From IMG/VR virus record IMGVR_UViG_3300005573_000193, positions 1-35,896 of that record: DNA of 35,896 bases. One strand, 5' to 3'. The notes under the pieces were generated by a model. That model was not told where the DNA came from. It searched no databases and saw only the letters and a list, made by a program, of their open reading frames with translations. Positions 9,664 through 18,080 of the stretch are shown in pieces. Position 1 is the first letter of the stretch; each line of letters opens with the position of its first letter. Both the position numbers and the translations under genes were made by a program. This DNA is from a virus (taxonomy: Duplodnaviria > Caudoviricetes).

Positions 9664-12376
9664 TTTGAAATACTCCCCGTGTTGGTTGGTCAAGATTTTC
9701 CTGCCGTATTGCGCAAATACCTTTGGAGTATCCCCCTGCACTGCCACTGGGCAGATATGCTATTATACATACTTTACTTGCACTGATAAGACGCACTTTT
9801 CGCCAACTACCAGAGAGGTTCGGCTTTGCACGCCGAACTGGATTTATGCTGGCGTTGAGGGGTATTTGCCGTTGGTAGGTGAAGTTAATAATAACTCTGC
9901 GGAGTTAAATTATAATGATAATAGGCTTGAGTTCGCAGATTTGGACTTGATTTGCGCAGATGATGCCCCGCTTCCAAAAGCTAACCCTGACAAGAGCGTG
10001 TCCAGATTAGAGAACGCTGGAACTTATCTCCGAAATCTCTTTACCCGGCATAACAACTGGCATAAGGCAGAGATTGAGGTCTATTTTGGGGATGCTACAG
10101 ACCCGATTGAAAAATTTGAGAGGATATTTGTAGGCGTGCTTGAAGAGATTGAGTATCAGTCGGACTATGCGGTTCGGATTTCTGCTAAAGACATCTTTGG
10201 AAAAGAGAACGCCAAGAGCCATAAAAAGACAGACGATAAATGCACGCTTAAGGCAGACTATTCTGGTGGTCAGGTTCTGGAGCTTTATCACGGGCATAAG
10301 TTTGAGGAAGCTGGCATCGTTCTTGCGGACGGGAAATATATCAAATATAAAGGCAGGTCTGATGAAGGCGACCATTGGCATTTATTGAACTGTGCGTATT
10401 GTTTCGGAAGCTCTGGGACAATAACTGCAGGGACTAAAGTCCAGCTGGTTCTGGTTTATGAGCGTGATGGTGGGCATAGTGTAGGGAATGATAATAATAA
10501 GGGCTTCCCAGTTGATTGGTGCATAGTGGATTTGTTGGCGCGGAGTAAAATAAACCTACTTACCAGACTTGAATGGCGGGAAATGGACGCCACACTGGAT
10601 GGGGATATAACAGCCGATGCGACTACTCTGGTATTATCCAGCGCAACCGGCTTCCCGGATCAAGGTATTATTCGGATTGAGGATGAGATTATCATTTATA
10701 CCGCAAAGAGCGGAAACAATCTCTATTGGCCGGATAACCCTTCTGCGGGACAAGATGCCCCTTTATTCCATAAGCGTTTCAGGGGGGCTTGGGGATCAGA
10801 AAAGAAATCTCATTCCAGTGGCGCAAAGATTTATATCCCGCAGATCACTTTTAAGGCAAATCAGGCATTAACATCTTGGGAATTAAAGCGCAAGCTCTGG
10901 GAACAGAAGGAAATCTTGGACTTAATCAATGAAATTCAGGCTTGCACGATGGCGTATGTAGTGCAAAATTCGGCACATAACATTGAACTGAAGCCGTTAG
11001 CGCAACCCGCTCCCGGAGACTCGGTCGGTGAATTTACAGATGATATAGCGATTATGAGTGACCCTGCACCGGAATTGATAAACGACCAAGAAGAGAGAGA
11101 TACTGCGGTAGTATGTTTTTATAAGCCGGTTGCTGGTGAAGACGGGGATGATCCGGGTGAAACCCCGAAAAACTATTTACATCAGTATGTCTACGACGAC
11201 GGCTCTCTGAATAATGATAATTATTTCCCTGAGCGGAAGGAAAAAATTATTTTCGCCCCGTGGTTATGGCGTGAAACCGAAGTCTCTGCGATGGTTCAAC
11301 GATGGCACGCAAGATTTTCATTAGGGACAGAGAAGCTCCGAATAAATGTCCCTGCATTTGCGGCGGAGGGGTGGATAGGTGATTTTGTGCGAGTCACTAG
11401 CGCATACTTGCAAGGGGTAACCGGTGCGCCACTTAATCGGAGGCTATGCCAAATTATTAGTAGAGCGGATAAGGGGGACTCTGTTGAAATGGTAGTTGCT
11501 GATGTTCGCTTGACCAAGCGATATATGTATTGGGCTAAAGAGCATCCGACTCTAGCGCAGAATTTGTCAGAAACTGGAGAAGGCGAAGAGGTTTTAGTGC
11601 CTTTGATAAATCAGCCTAATTATAACTCTGCGATTTATTTTGGTAGCGGAGCTATGCGTGATTGTGAAACTATCGGACAGACTTTTACATTAACCGAAAA
11701 CACTCATCTCGGCAGGATCACAGTCAACATAGAACCATACAACAACCTCGCTACTATCTGGTTAAAGCTATATGATGCCAATATGAATTTATTAGCAACA
11801 GTGCAGTCTAATTCACAATATACTGGAGAATTTGATTTGGATATAGAGCTTAATCCTGGAACCTATCGTATGGAAATTTATCTGACAGGTTTTCCTTATC
11901 CGCCTTCAGATGAAGATGTTTATTTAGCTAATTATTCCAATGAAAATCCTTATACTGGCGGAGTGATGTATAGAGATAATTCCCCTCAAAACTCGGATGA
12001 TTTAGCGTTTTCTATTGAAAAACTTGAGCTTCAAGTGAATGTTCTAGTTCAGCTTAATGCGAATACATATCAAGATAGCGACTTAAATGCATCGGGAGTA
12101 ATCCAGATTGAAAATGAATTAATAAAATATACCGGGAAATCTCTGAATGGGTCAGTGCTTACTTTGACCGGGTGCACAAGAGGATGGAATGGCACTACGC
12201 CTGCATCTCATACCGCTGGACGCATAGTGGCGTTTCTGTATTGCTCGTTCACTGGGGCTTGCCAGAATGCGCACGGTTCTTGGTGTAATGATAAAGAAGG
12301 GTTGCATAGTGCAGGTTTGATCGGTGCAAATGGATGGCTTGACGGAGACCAAGATATGGCTTATTATTGGCAATAG
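9656..12376 (+). CDS. Tail tip/hub (central fibre) protein
   Basis: ~906 aa from ATG 9656 (RBS GGAGG); N-terminal C..TFGVSPC...CYYTYFTC motif; two copies of a G.I.IE.E.I.YT.KS...RG.WG....SH..G repeat domain. Confidence 0.7.
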   Translation: MPDLKYSPCWLVKIFLPYCANTFGVSPCTATGQICYYTYFTCTDKTHFSPTTREVRLCTPNWIYAGVEGYLPLVGEVNNNSAELNYNDNRLEFADLDLICADDAPLPKANPDKSVSRLENAGTYLRNLFTRHNNWHKAEIEVYFGDATDPIEKFERIFVGVLEEIEYQSDYAVRISAKDIFGKENAKSHKKTDDKCTLKADYSGGQVLELYHGHKFEEAGIVLADGKYIKYKGRSDEGDHWHLLNCAYCFGSSGTITAGTKVQLVLVYERDGGHSVGNDNNKGFPVDWCIVDLLARSKINLLTRLEWREMDATLDGDITADATTLVLSSATGFPDQGIIRIEDEIIIYTAKSGNNLYWPDNPSAGQDAPLFHKRFRGAWGSEKKSHSSGAKIYIPQITFKANQALTSWELKRKLWEQKEILDLINEIQACTMAYVVQNSAHNIELKPLAQPAPGDSVGEFTDDIAIMSDPAPELINDQEERDTAVVCFYKPVAGEDGDDPGETPKNYLHQYVYDDGSLNNDNYFPERKEKIIFAPWLWRETEVSAMVQRWHARFSLGTEKLRINVPAFAAEGWIGDFVRVTSAYLQGVTGAPLNRRLCQIISRADKGDSVEMVVADVRLTKRYMYWAKEHPTLAQNLSETGEGEEVLVPLINQPNYNSAIYFGSGAMRDCETIGQTFTLTENTHLGRITVNIEPYNNLATIWLKLYDANMNLLATVQSNSQYTGEFDLDIELNPGTYRMEIYLTGFPYPPSDEDVYLANYSNENPYTGGVMYRDNSPQNSDDLAFSIEKLELQVNVLVQLNANTYQDSDLNASGVIQIENELIKYTGKSLNGSVLTLTGCTRGWNGTTPASHTAGRIVAFLYCSFTGACQNAHGSWCNDKEGLHSAGLIGANGWLDGDQDMAYYWQ

Positions 12377-12387
12377 GGAGGTTTAAG

Positions 12388-12885
12388 ATGGGATGGCAAG
12401 ATATAGAGTTTAGTGAAATCGCGGCGGAAGCGGCCGCTTCCACTACAACGATGAACAAGATTAAAGGCAATCTGGAATACTGCAGAAAGCAATCAAAAGT
12501 CGGCTCTCTATTGTTATCAACTTATGATGAAAAAGCTTGCGCTTCTGGAACAGATTGGCAGAATGTTTATACCGATTATATGATTAGACTTCCCATTGAT
12601 GCGAAAAGTATCTCCGCAAGGATTGATTGTCAAATCACCCCAGAGAACGCGTCAGATCGTCAGATTAGGATTGGGCTTTATTACTCTGGCGGATGGAACA
12701 AAAACTCCAGCGCATACAACTTGGGCGGGGACGGTTGGCGAAAAGTTTTAATTGAGGATTTAGATGTTTCAGATATTCCTGCGGGCAACATCCTGATGCG
12801 CATCCAAATGAAGGCTAGCAATGGAAATCTCTGCTTTGTGCGGGGGGTGAATGTATGGATAAGCGATGCAAAGGAGAGTGGATGA
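12388..12885 (+). CDS. Putative minor tail protein
   Basis: ATG 12388 after GGGAGGT; beta-rich; last gene of the tail cluster. Confidence 0.55.
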   Translation: MGWQDIEFSEIAAEAAASTTTMNKIKGNLEYCRKQSKVGSLLLSTYDEKACASGTDWQNVYTDYMIRLPIDAKSISARIDCQITPENASDRQIRIGLYYSGGWNKNSSAYNLGGDGWRKVLIEDLDVSDIPAGNILMRIQMKASNGNLCFVRGVNVWISDAKESG

Positions 12886-13127
12886 TGATGCTTGAATTTA
12901 TTATTCTAATCGCAACTGCTGGGGTTACCGGTTTGGGCGCATTCCTCTGGTGGAAAATCAACGGTGCTGTGCAAAAAGAGGATTGCGAAAAAATGATGAA
13001 ATGCAATGATGAAAAACTTGACAAGCTCTTTGAGCGAACTTCCAGGTTTCAAGTTGACTTAGCGGAAACCAAAACTAATGTTGTCTGGATCAAGGAATTT
13101 TTAGAGAAGAATGGGAGACCCCATTGA
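12882..13127 (+). CDS. Small membrane protein (N-terminal TM + coiled coil), lysis-associated candidate
   Basis: Hydrophobic LEFIILIATAGVTGLGAFLWW followed by heptad-like region; upstream of the amidase. Confidence 0.6.
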   Translation: MMMLEFIILIATAGVTGLGAFLWWKINGAVQKEDCEKMMKCNDEKLDKLFERTSRFQVDLAETKTNVVWIKEFLEKNGRPH

Positions 13128-13152
13128 AAATTTTGTTCAGATGTGTTATTTT
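13124..13152 (+). promoter_or_regulatory. Possible sigma70 promoter
   Basis: TTGAAA-17 bp-TATTTT with TG extension; shares GATGTGTTAT with the promoter at 16948-16976. Confidence 0.5.
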
Positions 13153-13210
13153 TAAGTATTACCAGTTCTGCTGGATGATTATATTGAACTGAAAGGAGCA
13201 AAAAACCGAA

Positions 13211-13528
13211 ATGTCTCACGGGAAACAATTGTGGCTGGTCGGACAATTTCGTTGGGCAACAAAAACCCTGCCAGATAGGTGGGAGTTTCAGGGAGTATTT
13301 GACTCAAAAGATAAGGCAATCAAAGCCTGCAAAACTGAATTATATTTCATTGCCCCTCTTATTTTGAATAAAGAATATCCAGCGCGTCCGGTAAAGATGA
13401 AAGGGGCTTACTATCCATTATCCAAACATAGATTGACGCGGGGTAGATCAACGGCCGATCACCTGGCTCATACCCAGGGCAAGGTGGGTTCAACTCCCGC
13501 CCCCGCTATCAGAAAGGGGGATCAATGA
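13211..13528 (+). CDS. Hypothetical phage protein whose 3' end runs through the tRNA
   Basis: RBS AAGGAG; 105 aa; stop overlaps the amidase start (ATGA). Confidence 0.75.
   Translation: MSHGKQLWLVGQFRWATKTLPDRWEFQGVFDSKDKAIKACKTELYFIAPLILNKEYPARPVKMKGAYYPLSKHRLTRGRSTADHLAHTQGKVGSTPAPAIRKGDQ
13437..13508 (+). tRNA. tRNA-Met(CAT), initiator-like
   Basis: Cloverleaf: CGCGGGG/CCCCGCT acceptor, GATC/GATC D-stem, CCTGG/CCAGG anticodon stem with CTCATAC loop (CAT at 13469-13471), GTGGG-TTCAACT-CCCGC T-arm; no encoded CCA. Confidence 0.85.
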
Positions 13529-14064
13529 AAATAGTTATTGACCCGGGACACGGCGGAATAGACCCCGGAGCGGTGCATCTAACAATAAGAGAAGCTGATC
13601 TGAATTTGAAGCTTGCGCTTCAATTGCGCCGTGAACTTGATAATCAAGGTATAGAGAGCGTTCTAACAAGAGAGACTGACCGGGATTTGACACTTACTAA
13701 ACGATGCGAGATAGAGAATGAGGTCAAGCCAGATGCTTTTATCAGCATTCATCACAACTCGGCTTCCGACCCGAATGCAAAGGGGTGGGAGATTTTTTAT
13801 TATTCAGATAAGGGGCGAGAGCTTGCTGAATGTATTGCAGAACGATTGAAAATTATCTCTGATTTAACCAGCAGAGGGGTAAAGCACGAGAGTAAATCCC
13901 AGCACCCAAGCTTGTATGTTTTACATCATACAAAAGCTCCAGCTTGTCTAATAGAAGCTGGATTTATCACTAACTTCTTTGAATGCACTTTTCTGCAATC
14001 ACTTGACGGCAGAGAAAAAATGGCGCAAGCTATTGCAAGAGGGATAAGGGATTTTCTGGTATGA
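13525..14064 (+). CDS. N-acetylmuramoyl-L-alanine amidase (Amidase_3) endolysin
   Basis: IVIDPGHGG.DPGA, E at REA, FISIHHNS, PACLIEAGFITN catalytic motifs. Confidence 0.95.
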   Translation: MKIVIDPGHGGIDPGAVHLTIREADLNLKLALQLRRELDNQGIESVLTRETDRDLTLTKRCEIENEVKPDAFISIHHNSASDPNAKGWEIFYYSDKGRELAECIAERLKIISDLTSRGVKHESKSQHPSLYVLHHTKAPACLIEAGFITNFFECTFLQSLDGREKMAQAIARGIRDFLV

Positions 14065-14249
14065 GCAAGAAAAAAATAAGAGAGTGTCTTAAATGCGGGA
14101 AATTATTTATGAGTGAAGGAAACTGGAACCGGCTATGTGAAAGGTGCCGGAAAGAGAATAGTTTAATTTGGGGAGATATGTGCGATGAGAGAACGCTATC
14201 CAAAACGCTACCCCGCGTATTATCCCGTCTGGGACGCCAAATGGGGTAG
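14061..14249 (+). CDS. Small zinc-finger protein
   Basis: RECLKCGKLFMSEGNWNRLCERC; ATGA overlap. Confidence 0.7.
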   Translation: MSKKKIRECLKCGKLFMSEGNWNRLCERCRKENSLIWGDMCDERTLSKTLPRVLSRLGRQMG

Positions 14250-14400
14250 GACTGAAGGGAGGCGCTATATGACCTTCTGGCAACTGCAGTGGTATCGGGT
14301 CAAGAAATTTTTCGCTGATCCGGTTCTGCGTTTGCTAACCTTCATCGTGCTGTTCTTGATTATCATTCTTCTTGTTTTTCTGTATTGCGGAGGTGTTTGA
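14185..14400 (+). CDS. Small membrane protein
   Basis: C-terminal hydrophobic helix; RBS GGGGAG; stop overlaps the next ATG. Confidence 0.55.
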   Translation: MRERYPKRYPAYYPVWDAKWGRTEGRRYMTFWQLQWYRVKKFFADPVLRLLTFIVLFLIIILLVFLYCGGV

Positions 14401-14690
14401 TGGGTCTGCGCAGAGACCTGAATGATCTTGTGCGGGGTATGAATAATCGCTTGAGCATCAGCAGAACGCTTCTGCTGGTAGGTATAGGGCTAGTCTTTAT
14501 CTATACCACTCTTATATTGAGCAGGATTTTGAACCTTAAGCCAGAGTTTTTCGTGCAGGCTTTGACAGGTGCGGTGGCTTTACTTGGCGGGATCGCCGCT
14601 TTACTTGGTGGAATTTATGGATGGGGGAAGTATCTGGACAGAAAAAACGGAGGAACAGATGGGAAAAAAACCGGGAAAAACCGACCTTGA
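14400..14690 (+). CDS. Putative holin
   Basis: Two TM segments, basic C-terminus, RLSISR motif, RBS GGAGGT, near the endolysin. Confidence 0.6.
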   Translation: MGLRRDLNDLVRGMNNRLSISRTLLLVGIGLVFIYTTLILSRILNLKPEFFVQALTGAVALLGGIAALLGGIYGWGKYLDRKNGGTDGKKTGKNRP

Positions 14691-15093
14691 GTATTTGAAG
14701 CGTCATTGTCCGCACTCTCATAAGGATGCCCAGAAGGCAATCAGTGAATATCTTAAACTGCACGGATTTGCCGTGTTTCAGGTGGGTATTCACGGCGGGA
14801 TTACCATTGACCGGTTCGGGCGCAAGAAGAAAAATCAAGACGCTGGCGTCCCTGACCTGTTAGCAATAAACACCCGAGATATAGTTTTGGCGGGGATCGC
14901 ACGCCCGGCATTTACACTTGGCTTGATGATTGAGGTTAAGACGCCGAATGATAAACCATCCCCAGAGCAGAAGGCTTTTCTGGAAAGCTGGCGTTCAGTG
15001 CGAGAGGTCAAGACTGGAGTTGCCCGTTCAGTGGAAGATATAATCGCATTGCTGGAGACGCCACCATTTTGTGCGGAGCCGGAGGTTAAATGA
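14659..15093 (+). CDS. VRR-NUC family nuclease
   Basis: AGVPDLLA...IEVKTP..KPSPEQKAF...VARSVED motifs; ATG 14659 after GGAGG. Confidence 0.85.
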   Translation: MGKKPGKTDLEYLKRHCPHSHKDAQKAISEYLKLHGFAVFQVGIHGGITIDRFGRKKKNQDAGVPDLLAINTRDIVLAGIARPAFTLGLMIEVKTPNDKPSPEQKAFLESWRSVREVKTGVARSVEDIIALLETPPFCAEPEVK

Positions 15094-15630
15094 ATGAAAA
15101 TCCCTCTTCGGTTTAAGATTTATGCCGTCCTTTTTTCCTTCCTCTTTGGAGTCGCGGTCGGGATTTGGCTTGGCTGGAGCGGTTTTTTGCGGTTTTTCCC
15201 GCTACCAGAGCCAGTCCCGGCCGCGAATATAATCTGGAAAACTAAAACGATTACAGAGTTCAAGGATCGCTGGCGAACCAAAATAAAGCAGATACCGGGA
15301 CCCGAAAAGGTGGTGGAGAAGGTAGTGGAGAAAGAGGTGCCGGGACCAATCAGGACAGAGATCATCTATTTGAAGCCGGGAGAGCATCCGACTACCTTTC
15401 GGAGGTGGAGTTTTAATTCATTTGAGCTATTTGGCGGGGTAGGCGGGGCATATCAACCGCAGGGGGCTTCATTGGCATTTGGCGGGGCTTTAGAGGGTAG
15501 GTATAGACCGGTTTGTTTGAATGGCGCCCGTTTTTCAGGGTGTTTAGAGGTTAATGCGGGTGGGATGGCTTTGAATTATGGCATTACAGAGGCAAGAATA
15601 GGCATAGGAGGCGTTCTGGAATGGCGTTAA
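15094..15630 (+). CDS. Membrane-anchored protein, spanin-like candidate
   Basis: N-terminal TM, EKVVEKVVEKEV stalk, Gly/aromatic beta-strand C-terminus; lysis region. Confidence 0.45.
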   Translation: MKIPLRFKIYAVLFSFLFGVAVGIWLGWSGFLRFFPLPEPVPAANIIWKTKTITEFKDRWRTKIKQIPGPEKVVEKVVEKEVPGPIRTEIIYLKPGEHPTTFRRWSFNSFELFGGVGGAYQPQGASLAFGGALEGRYRPVCLNGARFSGCLEVNAGGMALNYGITEARIGIGGVLEWR

Positions 15631-16568
15631 GGTCTTTCCCTTATCCTGGGTCAAAAGCCAAGTTTATTGACCAGATTTTGCCACTTATTCCAAAACACGA
15701 ATACTATTTTGAGCCGTTTGGAGGGTCGGGTGCGGTGCTTTTGAATAAGCCCCAAGTCAGGGTTGAGCTTTTCAATGATTTGAATGGAGCGATTATATGC
15801 TTTTTCAGGGTGATGTCAGACCCGAAAAGATACCCAGAATTTGAGCAGAGGATTTTAAGACTTCCGGGTCCAGACCAAAAGACTTTTGATTGGGCGGTTA
15901 AGACTACAGAGGAAATGTCTGCAGATGAAATGGAAATAGCCGTTGCTTGGTATTATAGAATAACCAAAGCATATGCGCTGAAAGATAAAAAAATCTGTTC
16001 AGTCAGAAACCCCTTTAATATCCTTCCATCTCTACCCTCCCTTCATTTAAGATTGCGGACAGTGAGCTTCTATCAAATGGACGCAATGGAGTTTATTAAA
16101 AAATTCTGCTATAAGCGGAATAAAAGCGAACCAGATAATAACTCTTTCTGGTATATTGACCCACCTTATCCAGAAGAGGTGGTGCCAGAAGTCAAACAGC
16201 TTTATTTGGTTCAATTCACGAATGAAAATCATCGGGAGCTTTTAGAGTTTATCAACAGCAAAATTGATGAGGTTAAATTCTTGATTTCTGGGTTTCATTG
16301 TCCGCTCTATGATGAGATGTTATCGTTTGATAAAGGCTGGAGGCTTAAAGAGGTCAAAACCCCATCCAGGATGTCTTGGCTAAAGAATAATGGCGGTCAG
16401 GCGAAGTTCAATACCGAGTGTCTCTGGTATAATTATCCTGTAGAACCCAACAGAGAGGAAGGTATGTATGGTAGATGTGATTGTGGTGGCGAGTGGATAA
16501 TGAAAATGGGCGAGTGGGTTTGTTCTAACTGCGGGGCTAAACAAGAAGAAATTAGTTATATGGAATAG
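15621..16568 (+). CDS. DNA adenine methyltransferase (Dam/D12 class), orphan
   Basis: FPYPGSK, YFEPFGGSG (SAM binding), NDLN, YIDPPY, TECLWYNY; C-terminal CxC...CxxC extension. Confidence 0.92.
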   Translation: MALRSFPYPGSKAKFIDQILPLIPKHEYYFEPFGGSGAVLLNKPQVRVELFNDLNGAIICFFRVMSDPKRYPEFEQRILRLPGPDQKTFDWAVKTTEEMSADEMEIAVAWYYRITKAYALKDKKICSVRNPFNILPSLPSLHLRLRTVSFYQMDAMEFIKKFCYKRNKSEPDNNSFWYIDPPYPEEVVPEVKQLYLVQFTNENHRELLEFINSKIDEVKFLISGFHCPLYDEMLSFDKGWRLKEVKTPSRMSWLKNNGGQAKFNTECLWYNYPVEPNREEGMYGRCDCGGEWIMKMGEWVCSNCGAKQEEISYME

Positions 16569-16571
16569 AGT

Positions 16572-16648
16572 GCCGATAGTGCGCCTATAATGAGCCGACT
16601 GCGTGCCGATGGTGCGCCGATGGTGCGCCGATGGTGCGCCGAATAAGA
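16572..16648. repeat. Seven in-phase 11-bp units (core GCCGATGGTGC), iteron-like
   Basis: GCC starts at 16572, 16583, 16594, 16605, 16616, 16627, 16638; three exact copies at 16605-16637. Confidence 0.9.
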
Positions 16649-16673
16649 GGGGGGGGCGGATATATAGGGGGGG

Positions 16674-16722
16674 TAATAAATAATAATAATAATAATAATA
16701 TAATATAATAATAATATAATAT
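16674..16722. repeat. Pure A/T tract with (TAA)n
   Basis: About 49 bp without G or C, following two G-runs. Confidence 0.9.
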
Positions 16723-16856
16723 CCCGCATGTATATATAAGCAGGAATGATAATTTTAGCATAAAATTTATATTAGATTTTTTTAATCTTGGTGGGGGTGG
16801 CGGGATAAGGTTTTGACCCCGTATTTACCCCTTGCGTTATGAAAAAATACTAAAAA

Positions 16857-16897
16857 TTTGTAATCTGGATTACAAAAAATAAGCTAAATTATTGATT
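16857..16897. promoter_or_regulatory. Operator-like palindrome and IHF-consensus site
   Basis: TTTGTAATC-TG-GATTACAAA (16857-16876); minus-strand AATCAATAATTTA (16885-16897) fits WATCAANNNNTTR. Confidence 0.5.
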
Positions 16898-16947
16898 TTT
16901 AAGGGAAAAAAATTTTTTCAATTTTAGAAAAAAACGGCTAAAAATTC

Positions 16948-16976
16948 TTGCGGTTGCCTTGCGGATGTGTTATATT
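16948..16976 (+). promoter_or_regulatory. Early sigma70 promoter
   Basis: TTGCGG-17 bp-TATATT with TG extension and upstream A/T tracts. Confidence 0.7.
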
Positions 16977-16994
16977 AAGGGTGTAAAGTAAAAA

Positions 16995-17020
16995 GGGTGC
17001 AACGCCCGGATCTTTAACAA
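16995..17020 (+). promoter_or_regulatory. Hairpin + boxA-like antitermination motif
   Basis: GGGTG-CAA-CGCCC hairpin then GATCTTTAACAA (E. coli rrn boxA TGCTCTTTAACA), about 20-45 nt downstream of the -10 box. Confidence 0.65.
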
Positions 17021-17282
17021 ACGCAAGCGCAAAAAACCGCAACGAACGGCGCAAGCCCGCGGTAATGCTTATGGTCTTTGATATATACGGGAAATGATAA
17101 AGTGGATAAAGCGCAACCGGCAATGAGTGGCTATAAAAACCGCTTGCAAGTCCTTGAACCGAAACCGGGCGCAACGCCTGGCAGGGATCGGATGCCCGAA
17201 AAAAAAGCCGGCCAGAAAATCGGCTTCCCCGGCCGAAAAACCTGGGCGCAAAAGTTGGAAATCAAATCCCGTCAAAAGCAAG

Positions 17283-17626
17283 TTCAATCCCTCCCTGATG
17301 CGCTCAATGAGCGGATCAATCAAACCAAAGAGGGAGGTAAAGAGAGATGAAACTGAAACCGAGAGAGATGAGAGAAAGACAGGTGATCTATCTGCTGGAC
17401 CTGATTGATGAAGCCAGGACCGCACGAATGCAGGACCCGGACAAGTCCTATTTAGTAGAGGACCTTGATCCGGGCTGTTTAATGTTCTGGTGCAAAAATG
17501 CTATTGAGGAATGCGGTCAAACTGGATGCGCGGACTCTCCCGGATGTGGGGGAGTCCCCGAATGTTTTAAGATGATTATATGATCTATCGGACGCACTCT
17601 ATTGAGCGCGTCCGGGAGGGATTGAA
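17283..17626. repeat. Inverted repeat pair 1 enclosing ORF 17347..17583
   Basis: 17283-17308 pairs with 17601-17626: 24 Watson-Crick, 1 G-U, 1 mismatch. Confidence 0.9.
17347..17583 (+). CDS. Early hypothetical protein (Cys-rich C-terminus)
   Basis: RBS AGGGAGGT; 78 aa. Confidence 0.75.
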   Translation: MKLKPREMRERQVIYLLDLIDEARTARMQDPDKSYLVEDLDPGCLMFWCKNAIEECGQTGCADSPGCGGVPECFKMII

Positions 17627-17638
17627 AAAAGACTCCCA

Positions 17639-18079
17639 CCCCCTTATTCAAGCCGCCCGCAAATTCCAAAAGGGAGGAAAAAAATGACGAAAAAAACCGA
17701 GAATGTAAAGAATGTAAAAACCGAGCAAACTCCAAAACCTTATTCTGTTGAGGATGCACTGGCAAAGATGATTGCCAAAGCTCAGCTGGAAAAGGTGAAA
17801 CAAGAGCTGATTTCAAAGGCTCTTGAAGCAATAAACAAAAACAAGGATGCTATTGAGAGCACCTTGAACGAATTGCTCGCACTAGAAAAGCGAGCAATTG
17901 CGTTTGAGACCGAGACGGCGAAAAAAGCAGACCTGCTATTTGAAAAATTAGCAGGTCTAGGGGTGGATAAAAATACCGCTCTTCGGTGGGTTGACGATCA
18001 ACTCGCCGAAGAAGAAGAAGAAGAGACAGAGCAAGAGTAAAGAGGTAAAAAATCTAACCGGGCGGCTTGAATAAGGGGG
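17639..18079. repeat. Inverted repeat pair 2 enclosing ORF 17684..18040
   Basis: CCCCCTTATTCAAGCCGCCCG (17639-17659) is the perfect reverse complement of 18059-18079. Confidence 0.95.
17684..18040 (+). CDS. Early coiled-coil protein with acidic tail
   Basis: RBS AGGGAGG; 118 aa; ends AEEEEEETEQE. Confidence 0.85.
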   Translation: MTKKTENVKNVKTEQTPKPYSVEDALAKMIAKAQLEKVKQELISKALEAINKNKDAIESTLNELLALEKRAIAFETETAKKADLLFEKLAGLGVDKNTALRWVDDQLAEEEEEETEQE

Positions 18080-18080
18080 A

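Noticed and set aside
13437-13508. tRNA as an attachment site
   Set aside because: No integrase and no duplicated tRNA 3' end in the window.
16572-16648. CRISPR array
   Set aside because: Units are 11 bp, tandem, with no spacers.
17295-17320. Hammerhead-like CTGATG followed by a hairpin
   Set aside because: Core reads CTGATGC rather than CUGANGA and lacks GAAA; better explained as the arm of inverted repeat 1.
17078-17408. ORFs 17078..17350 and 17127..17408
   Set aside because: No SD, non-ATG starts, and they cross structured leader elements and the well-supported 17347 gene; not fully excluded.
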